From: Thermoanaerobaculia bacterium
Lineage (GTDB): Bacteria > Acidobacteriota > Thermoanaerobaculia > Multivoradales > Multivoraceae
NCBI GenBank assembly: GCA_963666565.1
Contig: OY762911.1
Location: forward strand, 3,616,001-3,680,000
Reading direction: 5' to 3'
DNA: 64,000 nucleotides
Under the pieces are notes generated by a model. That model was not told the origin of the DNA and ran no database searches. It was given only the letters and a program-made list of their open reading frames with translations. The position numbers were made by a program, and so were the translations under genes. Of this stretch, positions 56,901 through 64,000 are shown piece after piece (position 1 is the first letter of the stretch; every line of letters starts with the position of its first letter).

Positions 56901-58322
56901 GCCTTCTGCTGGCGCTTCTGGCACGTCGTCCGGGAGGACGGCGCCTTCGGCGTCGTGCTTCCCGGGTCGGCACTCACGACCAAGGGGTCGGCCAACTGGA
57001 GAAAGGCGGTCTTGAAAGGAGGCGCATTCTCCGACTTGACGCTGCTGGCGAACAGGAACGAGTGGGTGTTCGAGATCGACCCAAGCTACACGATCGGCTT
57101 GGTCACCGCGCGGAAGGGACGCGATCACAGTGGCGTCCTTCGGCTCCGCGGCCCCTTCGACGACTTGGCCTCCTATCGACGCGGAGCGAAGGCCACCGCG
57201 ACCGAGATCCTGGTCGAGGAGTTCCTGACCTGGACGAAGACAGCCTCGATCCCCGCCGTCCCCAGCGATGAGGCACTCAGGGTGTTCCGTCGCATGTGCG
57301 CCCATCCACGCCTAGATTTCGCCTCAGAGAATCAACCGGAACCTGCGCGCACCTCGGGTTTGGTGTCGACTTGGCGAGCGCGCCCAGCGACCGAATTCCA
57401 CGCCACCAACGACAAGCGGTTCTTCCGGCTCGATGTTCCGGCCATCGACGTGTCCGACCGCGGCGCCAGCTTGACGCGACCAACGGCAAGCGACACAAAG
57501 GACGGGCCATCCCTTTGGCCCGTCTACGGGGGCCGGTCCTTTCACTTCTGGAAGCCGGATACGGGTGAGTACTACGCTTGGGCCGATCCAGGCCGCATCG
57601 TCAAGGTACTCCAGAAGAAGCGGCTGCGGGGCCAACGTACCAGCACTTCGCCCTTCAGAGAGTTCAGTCACGAATGGGCGGCCGATTCGGCCACCCTGCC
57701 CTGCCTTCATCCTCGGGTCGTCTTCCGCGACATCGCGGCAGCCGCACGCCCACGCGCCGTCATCGCGGCCTTGATCCCGGGAGAAAGGGTCATCACCAAC
57801 AAGGGACCGTACCTACTGTTGCCGCTGGGAACAGAAGCGGACGAGGCCTTTCTCGTCGGCATCCTGAGCTCCATGGTCCTAGATTGGTTCGCCCGGAGAC
57901 TAGTGAAACTGAATCTGAGCTTCTTCATCTTCAACGCTCTCCCCATCCCCCGGCCCGAGTTCGACGATCGGGACCCCAGCTCCCCTGGCATCCGGCTCCG
58001 CACCCGCGTGATCGAGATCGCCGGCCGCCTCGCCACGGCCGAGCCGGACCACCCGGGCTTCCGCGAGTGGGCCGCCGCGGTCGGGGTTGATGCAGGTTCC
58101 GTCCGTTCGGAGGCCGAGAAGAACGACCTGATCGAGGAACTCGACGCCGTGGTAGCGCTGCTCTACGGGCTCGACGACGCGGATCTGACCGTCATTTACG
58201 ACACGTTCCACACCGGCGCGGACTACTCGGATCGCTGCCGGCGTGTGATCGAACACGCACGGGCCTGGCGGAATCGCCTCGGATTTTCGGTCGGCGACTC
58301 GGGTTCAGGCGACACACCGTGA
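53913..58322 (+). CDS. large N6-adenine DNA methyltransferase (type IIG/Eco57I, DrmMI/PglX-like) with C-terminal TRD
   Basis: YNGGLF, GTIYEGLL, RKATGSYFTP, motif I DISMGSGHFL, GVDVN, motif IV GNPPW, DLYKAF; start 53862 or 53913. Confidence 0.92.
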   Translation: MPDSPLSELRGKRRITVPLDAGRAPTLAAAAEVVLGDDPHGGELQVLIAKRHGAGDPSIPELRTLHRWRQGKRTFPLVTVIRPDTEEPGTIRDVSAATGAETNQPSLLTDRGDEASFRQRWLSGQGGFSEESATGEPSWVLVLGPDLEVAPARLPEEQAARMLQAALDEPSAVSARRRIVGLLKQSAGTGDDTGTRPGMNNAGLFSRHYLVRSLPGEARWTAARRRARLLLDRRGMDLIRGLGFRIGDRFDQALVLLGKNSGQRAVAVLLERTETFEAGSGRLGMSPAAYGLDRASKRGAEWLILLRGDQIRLYATKPGTGVGSRSPVDTWFQLDLAALAPEDAGYLDLVFSAAALSPEGAVANLLARSRQFATDLGDRLRQRVYERVIPGLAVGVAEALDRLPGREGSGDLSYAYRLSLRIFFRLLFQAYAEDRGLLPYGRNDRFDLHSLKRLAVTLSSSDRPAATFDAGATTLWRDLQTIWKAIDKGDRGLDVPAYNGGLFDADPGFRREGTDLADIELGDDCIGPALRDLLVDETPDGDVGPVDFRSLSVREFGTIYEGLLESELSRADMDLTIDKKNVYVPARPKDEVVVPKGDVYFHNRSGERKATGSYFTPEFAVEHLLDHALEPVLAEHLKRVEKLHDRGDHASAAEAFWDFRVADISMGSGHFLIAAVDRIERGMRRFLADRPLASVNDELRRLERKAREALGSPGDRRRDGPELEPSTLLRRQIARRCIHGVDVNETAVELARVAAWIHTFVPGLPMSTLDHNLVRGDSLTGIGTVDEALDVLDPDRGTAQGSLFSQPIEEAMAEAAEALGEVAAAQEADTAEVLRNREALEDAKARAVPARRLFDAAVAVRLGVAETKAVGDVEAIARIADRPEVEGEIERLQPVHMPLRFPQVFERESPGFDVLIGNPPWEEATVEELGFWTARFPGLKALRQQEQIPRIQQIRQDRPDLVTHLDNEVSRAQRLRNALHAGPYPGMGTGDPDLYKAFCWRFWHVVREDGAFGVVLPGSALTTKGSANWRKAVLKGGAFSDLTLLANRNEWVFEIDPSYTIGLVTARKGRDHSGVLRLRGPFDDLASYRRGAKATATEILVEEFLTWTKTASIPAVPSDEALRVFRRMCAHPRLDFASENQPEPARTSGLVSTWRARPATEFHATNDKRFFRLDVPAIDVSDRGASLTRPTASDTKDGPSLWPVYGGRSFHFWKPDTGEYYAWADPGRIVKVLQKKRLRGQRTSTSPFREFSHEWAADSATLPCLHPRVVFRDIAAAARPRAVIAALIPGERVITNKGPYLLLPLGTEADEAFLVGILSSMVLDWFARRLVKLNLSFFIFNALPIPRPEFDDRDPSSPGIRLRTRVIEIAGRLATAEPDHPGFREWAAAVGVDAGSVRSEAEKNDLIEELDAVVALLYGLDDADLTVIYDTFHTGADYSDRCRRVIEHARAWRNRLGFSVGDSGSGDTP

Positions 58323-61300
58323 CGACGACGCCGAGTGGCGCCCGCGCCATCTTCCCTCCCGTTTTCGCCACGAACCGGCCGGAACGGGGCGAGACGGTCG
58401 CGGCCGAGATCAACCGATTGCTCCGGGGCAAGCGGAAGTCCCACCGCGCCCCGCAGCCCGTCGCCATCGCGACGGCCTACCTCAATCCGGCTGGCATCGC
58501 GTTGCTGCTCGACGAACTGGAGCGGGCGCCCCGGGTCCGTTTGCTGCTGGGCGCGGAACCGGACCGGGCAACGGCGCGGCCGACGACGGCCGGGCTGAGC
58601 CTCAAGGACCTCCACCAGGCCCTCCGGCTGCACGAGGCCTGGCTCGCCGCCGAACGGGACCTGACGGGCTTCTCCCGCGAGGCGGACGGCGCTGCGCGGA
58701 GGCTGGTCGAGTGGCTGCGCTCGAACGATGCCGGCGACGGGCACAGAGTCCAGGTCCGCCGCTACGAGGACGGCTTCCTGCACGGCAAGGCGTTCCTCGT
58801 GGAGCACGAGATGGAGCCCGCCGTGCTCGCGGGTTCCTCAAACCTGACCCACGCCGGACTGATGACGAACGCCGAGCTCAACCTCGGCTATCCGTCGAGC
58901 CAGCACACCCACCTCGTGCAGGGCTGGTTCGGGTACTTCTGGGAGCATTCGGCGCCGTTTCCGCTGGCCGAGATCTACGCCTCGCGCTGGGATCCTCATT
59001 CCCCCTGGATCGTCTTCCTCCGCATGCTCTGGGAGCTCTACGGCAGGGATCTCGAAGCGGACGACCGTGCGGCGCTAGCCGAGGAGCTCAGCCTGACGGC
59101 CTTCCAGCGCGACGGCGTGGCCCGCGCGCTGCGGTTGCTCAAGGCGAACGGCGGCGTCCTGGTCGCGGACGAAGTCGGGCTCGGCAAGACCTTCATCGCT
59201 GCCGAGATGATCCGCAGGGCGACCGAGGAGAACCGACAACGGGTGCTGGTGCTGGCGCCGGCCGCGCTCAAGGAGAGCATGTGGGATCCCTTCCTCGATG
59301 GACACGGATTCTCCCGCCGGGTCCAGTGCATGTCTTACGACGAACTCCGGGTCGCCTGGCAGCGCGACGAGGAGGACACGCGACGGCGGCTCGACGACTA
59401 CGCGCTGGTCATCGTCGACGAGGCACACAACTTGAGAAACCCGCAGGCGCAGCGGACGGAGACGGTCGCAGCGCTGGTCGGCGGAGAGCATCCGAAGCAG
59501 GTCGTCCTGCTCACGGCCACTCCGGTCAACAACAGTCTGGGCGACCTCCACGCCCTGGTGTCGCTCTTCATCCGCAACGACGCGTTCTTCGCCCATGCCG
59601 GCATCCCGTCGATTCGCGGCTACATCGCGGAGGCCGAGCGCATCGACCCGGAGTCGCTGTCGCCCGAACGCCTGTTCGATCTGCTCGACCGCACGACCGT
59701 CCGCAGAACGCGGAGCTTCGTCAAGGACCACTATCGGAACGACCGCTTCGTCGGCCCGGACGGCACGGAGCAGACGATCACGTTCCCCACGCCCGCGCTC
59801 CACCGACTCGACTACGAACTCGACGCGGCAGGCGAAGCGCTGCTCGATGCCGTCACCCGCGCGCTGGACTCGCCGGACGAACCCGGCGGAGAGCAGCCAG
59901 GCGGGACGGAGGCCGCGGCCGACCCGGACCGGCTGATTCTCGCCCGCTACACGCCGGACGCATACAGGCGGCGCGGCGGCAAGGAATACCGGACACAGCT
60001 CTCGAACGCCGGCCTGCTCCGCTGCGCCCTGCTCAAGTGCCTGGAGTCCTCGGCGGCGGCTCTCCGGTCGACGCTGGGCACGCTGATCCACTCGCACGAG
60101 GCGTTCCTCGAGGCTCTTGGCGCTGGCTGGGTGCTGACGGGCGACGCGCTCAGGGACTGGATCGCCTCCGATGCGGAGGATCTCGAAGAGCACATCGCTT
60201 GGCTCGATGATCGCTCGAAGTCCGGCGCCGCCGAGGCTTCCGAGTACCGGGCGGCTGACCTGGGCGCCGACGTGCGGGCCGACCTAGCCCTGCTGGAACG
60301 ACTGAGCGCCCTGGCCGAGGCGGCTGCGGGCCAGGCGCGCGAACCCAAGTCCGAACGACTCGTATCCCGCCTGCGCGAGGTGGCCGCCGAGGCGCGGACG
60401 GTCAGCCGCGAGGGAATCGCCGCCTCCGACCGGCGCAAGACGATCGTCTTCACGAGCTTCGTCGCCACGGTGCGAGACCTCCAGGAACGGGTAAGGCAAG
60501 CGGTTGACGCCGCGGTGCCCGACGACCCGCTCTCCGACTTCCGCGGCCGACTCCCCGGGCAGCCGATCCACGGGCAGAAGACCGGGGTGGACCAGCACCA
60601 CCGGGCACGGGTCCTCGGACGCTTCGCGCCCAGGACCGCCGGCTCGGGGCACGAAGAGGATCGTTACGACCTCCTGTTCTCGACCGACGTTCTCTCCGAA
60701 GGCGTCAACCTCCAGCAGGCCGGACGGATCGTGAACTACGATCTGCCATGGAACCCGATGCGGGTCGTCCAGCGGCACGGGCGCATCGACCGCATCGGGT
60801 CCTCCCACCGACGCATCGCCCTCGACTGCTTCTTTCCCGCCAGCAGGCTCGAAGAGCTGCTCGACCTTGAACAGCGCCTGCGCCGCAAGCTGGCCCTGGC
60901 CAACGCCGCGGTCGGCACGGGCGACGTGCTGCCCGGGGTCGACTCCGGTGCCGGCCAGGTCTTCAGCGACACGACGCGGGACCAGATCATGGAAATCCAC
61001 GACGAGGACGCGTCCATCCTGGAACACGGCGGGCAGCACCGGGCGCTCTCCGGCGAGGAGTATCGGCATCGCCTGCGCCAGTCGATGAAGCCGGACGCGG
61101 AGCGAGGGGAGGTCCTGGGCCTGCCCTGGGCCTCCGGGTCCGGCTTCCGCAATCCCGGCACGAGGCAGTCCGGTTTCGTCTTCTGCATTCGTGTCGGCCA
61201 ATGCCGGACCGAGGCCGCCTCACGTTCCCGGAGCAGACCCTCTGCCCCAAGCCGACGCCCGACCTGCGGCCGGGCGGACTGCGAAGTCTGCCGCCGCGAT

Positions 61301-61843
61301 CCGTTCTTCCGCTTCGTGCCCACCTTCGCGGACTGGCGGCCGCTCAGGGACGGCAAAGGCGACCCGATCGTGGAGCGCGACACTCTCCAGGCGCTGATCG
61401 CCGCCGACCCGGTTCGGGAGGACACTGCCCGTGAACTCTCCTCCACGGCCTACGACCGCGCGTTCGACGCCTGGGACATCGCCCGACGCGACGTCTGGGA
61501 GGAGTGGATGCGTCTCGTCGACCCGGCGAACCTGCAGCCGGACCTGCCGAAGGCGTTCCGCGACGCGGCGGAACTGCTCCACCGTCATGGCACGGAGGCG
61601 CTCGGCACGGACGAACTCGAGAAGCTCATTCCTCGATTCCAGACCGTGCCCACAGCGCGGGTTCAGCGCGACGTGCGCGCCATCCTGAACGCGGACGACG
61701 AGAACGAGGCGAAGGTCCGCCGCCTTCGGGACTTCGCGCTGCAGACCGGTCTGAAGCGACCGACGCCGGTCGAACCGCTGCCCGAAGTGGCCGAGGAAGA
61801 GGTTCATCTCGTCGCCTGGATGGCGATAAGGGCCGGCGCGTAG
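58319..61843 (+). CDS. PLD-nuclease domain fused to SNF2-like SF2 helicase
   Basis: ATAYLN, LHGKAFLVE...GSSNLT...NAELN (PLD); ADEVGLGKT, DEAHN, LTATP, SEGVNLQ, YDLPWNP, QRHGRIDRIG; GTGA overlap with the MTase. Confidence 0.92.
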   Translation: MTTTPSGARAIFPPVFATNRPERGETVAAEINRLLRGKRKSHRAPQPVAIATAYLNPAGIALLLDELERAPRVRLLLGAEPDRATARPTTAGLSLKDLHQALRLHEAWLAAERDLTGFSREADGAARRLVEWLRSNDAGDGHRVQVRRYEDGFLHGKAFLVEHEMEPAVLAGSSNLTHAGLMTNAELNLGYPSSQHTHLVQGWFGYFWEHSAPFPLAEIYASRWDPHSPWIVFLRMLWELYGRDLEADDRAALAEELSLTAFQRDGVARALRLLKANGGVLVADEVGLGKTFIAAEMIRRATEENRQRVLVLAPAALKESMWDPFLDGHGFSRRVQCMSYDELRVAWQRDEEDTRRRLDDYALVIVDEAHNLRNPQAQRTETVAALVGGEHPKQVVLLTATPVNNSLGDLHALVSLFIRNDAFFAHAGIPSIRGYIAEAERIDPESLSPERLFDLLDRTTVRRTRSFVKDHYRNDRFVGPDGTEQTITFPTPALHRLDYELDAAGEALLDAVTRALDSPDEPGGEQPGGTEAAADPDRLILARYTPDAYRRRGGKEYRTQLSNAGLLRCALLKCLESSAAALRSTLGTLIHSHEAFLEALGAGWVLTGDALRDWIASDAEDLEEHIAWLDDRSKSGAAEASEYRAADLGADVRADLALLERLSALAEAAAGQAREPKSERLVSRLREVAAEARTVSREGIAASDRRKTIVFTSFVATVRDLQERVRQAVDAAVPDDPLSDFRGRLPGQPIHGQKTGVDQHHRARVLGRFAPRTAGSGHEEDRYDLLFSTDVLSEGVNLQQAGRIVNYDLPWNPMRVVQRHGRIDRIGSSHRRIALDCFFPASRLEELLDLEQRLRRKLALANAAVGTGDVLPGVDSGAGQVFSDTTRDQIMEIHDEDASILEHGGQHRALSGEEYRHRLRQSMKPDAERGEVLGLPWASGSGFRNPGTRQSGFVFCIRVGQCRTEAASRSRSRPSAPSRRPTCGRADCEVCRRDPFFRFVPTFADWRPLRDGKGDPIVERDTLQALIAADPVREDTARELSSTAYDRAFDAWDIARRDVWEEWMRLVDPANLQPDLPKAFRDAAELLHRHGTEALGTDELEKLIPRFQTVPTARVQRDVRAILNADDENEAKVRRLRDFALQTGLKRPTPVEPLPEVAEEEVHLVAWMAIRAGA

Positions 61844-61892
61844 CGTGCCAGGGGGACACGGCGGCGGCCGGTCAGGCCCGTCCGCACCGCCC

Positions 61893-62306
61893 TCAGCCGC
61901 CGTGAGTGCCGGGTGCCGCCTGGAGATCGAAGAGGGGCACGCCCATGGCTTCCGCAGCATCCGCCATCCGCCCGTCGTAGGTGGCGAGCTCGATCTGCCT
62001 CCGCTGCCGAAACAGGTACTCGGCTGTAGCGAGGTGTAGCGCGTCGCGCGTCCGAACCGGAACGGGGAACGCTTCGAGAGCCCGCTCGAGAGTCAGCGGC
62101 CACAGTTCAACCATCGCGACTCCATCGAGAAGCTCCCGAGCCTGTTCGCCAAGGGACTCGCCGCGGAAGCGGGAGTGGAGTACGACCCACACCTCGTACT
62201 CAAGAAGCCGGCTCGAGACGATCTCGGCCTTCCAGAACCGCTCTGGAGGGCGCCGCACTTCGACGAAGAGGTGCGCGAGCAAGACGGAACTGTCGACGTA
62301 GATCAA
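61893..62306 (-). CDS. vapC: VapC PIN-domain toxin
   Basis: MIYVDSSVLL, LLEYE, RTRDALHLATA, TYDGRM. Confidence 0.9.
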   Translation of the reverse strand: MIYVDSSVLLAHLFVEVRRPPERFWKAEIVSSRLLEYEVWVVLHSRFRGESLGEQARELLDGVAMVELWPLTLERALEAFPVPVRTRDALHLATAEYLFRQRRQIELATYDGRMADAAEAMGVPLFDLQAAPGTHGG

Positions 62307-62599
62307 AGCCGGTCACTTCGCACGTCGTCCAGAACCTCCATGAGTTCGTCGAGGCTCATGATCGGCGCGGGCTTCGGCGGCGGACCCGCGAACGGCTTCA
62401 GGGGCGGCGTCAGGATGCCCTTCCGCATCATCTCGGCGAGCTTCGCGTCGGCGAGCATCCGGCTTCGCTCTCGACGCGGCGGGCCGAGTTCGGCAACGAT
62501 CCGGTCGCGATTCGTGACCAGCACGGTCTCTCCACCGGCTGCGATGCGGACGTACTCGCTGAGCTTGCTGTTCAGCGTCTTGAGGCCTACGGATCTCAT
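62303..62599 (-). CDS. Phd/YefM-family antitoxin
   Basis: MRSVGLKTLNSKLSEYVRIAAGGETVLVTNRDRIVAELGPP; 4-bp overlap with vapC. Confidence 0.88.
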   Translation of the reverse strand: MRSVGLKTLNSKLSEYVRIAAGGETVLVTNRDRIVAELGPPRRERSRMLADAKLAEMMRKGILTPPLKPFAGPPPKPAPIMSLDELMEVLDDVRSDRL

Positions 62600-62603
62600 G
62601 GCC

Positions 62604-62636
62604 ACGAAAGTAGCTACTAGTAGCTGCTTTCGTCAA
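62604..62636 (-). promoter_or_regulatory. promoter and 30-bp operator palindrome of phd-vapC
   Basis: ACGAAAGTAGCTACTAGTAGCTGCTTTCGT (one mismatched pair); minus strand TTGACG-18 bp-TACTTT, 7 nt before ATG 62599. Confidence 0.8.
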
Positions 62637-62745
62637 GGCCCCCGCCGGCAAGTCGCGCTCGCGTTCCGGCGAGTCGCGGCCCGGATCCCGGCGGTCCCCT
62701 CCGATCGCCGCTTCGCCCGGAGGCCCGCAGCCGGAGAAGGCGCCG

Positions 62746-63213
62746 CTATTGCGACGCAGCCTGGTAAAGCTCGATCTCGTAGCCGTCCGGGTCGTGGAAG
62801 AAGACGATCGTCGGCGGATTGTCGCCGGGAATCGTGACCCACCGGAGCGTGGAACCGGCCGCCTTGGCCTTCTTCGCGAGAGCCTTGGCGTTCGCCGTGT
62901 TGACGATGATCCGGCCGTAGCTTCCCTTGCCCTCAGGGAGCGGATCGTCGTTGAAGTGCGCCAGAACGAGTGTCGCGCCACCGCCCGGCGGCGCCAGACC
63001 GATCTCGATCACGTCGTTCCCGTCGGACGGATACGTCCACACGCGCTTGAAGCCCAGCACTTCGGCGTAGTACTTCTCGGACCGCTCGAGGTCCGCCACG
63101 TTGATGGCCACCAGCGCCAACGAAGCGTCGGACTTCTCGTCTCCCGCCATCAGCGGGGCACTCACGCACAACAACACCGCAAACACCAAGGCCCGAACCG
63201 CCCACTTCGACAT
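62746..63213 (-). CDS. secreted VOC/glyoxalase family protein
   Basis: Signal peptide; INVADLERSEKYY..VLGF, FFHDPDGYEIEL. Confidence 0.88.
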   Translation of the reverse strand: MSKWAVRALVFAVLLCVSAPLMAGDEKSDASLALVAINVADLERSEKYYAEVLGFKRVWTYPSDGNDVIEIGLAPPGGGATLVLAHFNDDPLPEGKGSYGRIIVNTANAKALAKKAKAAGSTLRWVTIPGDNPPTIVFFHDPDGYEIELYQAASQ

Positions 63214-63284
63214 CCCAAGCTCCCTTCTGAGCATCAGACTCACTGTCAACAGAGGCAGGCGAGCATAGCGCGCCGAGGGCCGCG

Positions 63285-64000
63285 CTACTCCACCGGATTC
63301 GCGGCGATGAACTCGTTGATGATCCCCGCCAGTTCCTCGCCGTGCGTCTCCTGGATGAAGTGGCCCGCGCCTTCGACCTTGACGTGCGGCTGGCCCTGGG
63401 CGCCGGGGACTCGCCTCTGGAACGGCACCTCGCCGCCGCGCGTGATCGGGTCTCTGTCTCCGTAGGCCGTCAGGAAGGGCTTCTCCCAGCGTTCGAAGAC
63501 TTCCCAGGCCTTGCGGTTCGCCTCGTTCGCCGGATCGTCGGCGAAGACCGGCACACGCTGCGGCATGATCAGCGCCCCGGCCTTGTAGGCCGGCTCGGGA
63601 AACGGCGCATCGTAGGCGGCCGCGATCGACGGGTCGCCCGTGTTGGTCGCCAGCATGCGGCCCGTGGGAATGTCTCCGGCGTCAATCATCGCCTGGTTCC
63701 TGCGCTTCCAGCGGATGAAGGCGCTGTTCTCCGGGAAGTCCTCCGGGCCGGCCGCCCCGCCGACCGGCAGGCCTCCGTTGGAGAGGACGACCCGCGCGAA
63801 GCGCTCCTCGTTCTCCGCCACCACGCGCAGGCCGATCAGGCTCCCCCAGTCCTGGCCGAAGAAGGTCGCCTGCCGCAGGTCGAGCGCCTCGACCAGCTCG
63901 GTCATCGCGTCGACGTGGAACTTGTAGGTGTGGGTGTCCATGCTCGCCGGCTTGTCGGAGCGCCCGAAACCGATGAGATCGGGCACGATGCAGCGATGGC
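63285..64000 (-). CDS. haloalkane dehalogenase (3' part; start beyond window)
   Basis: PDLIGFGRSDKP, GQDWG nucleophile elbow, AYDAPFP, GAGHFIQE. Confidence 0.9.
   Translation of the reverse strand, partial: HRCIVPDLIGFGRSDKPASMDTHTYKFHVDAMTELVEALDLRQATFFGQDWGSLIGLRVVAENEERFARVVLSNGGLPVGGAAGPEDFPENSAFIRWKRRNQAMIDAGDIPTGRMLATNTGDPSIAAAYDAPFPEPAYKAGALIMPQRVPVFADDPANEANRKAWEVFERWEKPFLTAYGDRDPITRGGEVPFQRRVPGAQGQPHVKVEGAGHFIQETHGEELAGIINEFIAANPVE

Noticed and set aside
53913-61843. Complete DISARM or BREX system
   Set aside because: No DrmA/DrmB (DUF1998) or BrxC/PglZ genes are adjacent

Overview
GC-rich bacterial chromosomal window, densely coding, with no integrase, transposase, rRNA or CRISPR array. 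Gene content (many lipoproteins and Tat substrates, a CRTAC1-like protein, a sulfatase, a PVC-type heme protein) suggests a diderm such as an Acidobacteriota member; this is inference only. From left to right: partial CRTAC1-like gene, vapBC, YHS protein, a YhaO/YhaN-like (Mre11/Rad50-type) pair, single-chain acyl-CoA carboxylase, YghU-type GST, MFS transporter, tRNA-Thr(CGT), quinohemoprotein alcohol dehydrogenase, nucleoside hydrolase, serine hydrolase, SRAP protein, a cusCBA-like operon with a Cys-rich leader ORF, several hydrolases, a MacAB-like ABC exporter, galM, class I fumarase and Xaa-Pro peptidase. Next come a JmjC oxygenase divergent from a tiny acidic Tat-lipopeptide plus a PepSY membrane protein (my best candidate for an undescribed system), an AbiEi antitoxin with an internally deleted AbiEii toxin, and a PmoA/PVC-heme/Gfo/MFS cluster. 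The right end holds a defence-like island (N6-adenine MTase with a degenerate nuclease domain, PLD-SNF2 helicase, Phd-VapC), a VOC protein and a partial haloalkane dehalogenase. Non-coding signals include a dispersed modular REP-like palindrome family, an ~18-bp-period CTTCGAC array upstream of the GST, TA operator palindromes and several apparently leaderless promoters. All calls come from motif recognition by eye; no database search was run.
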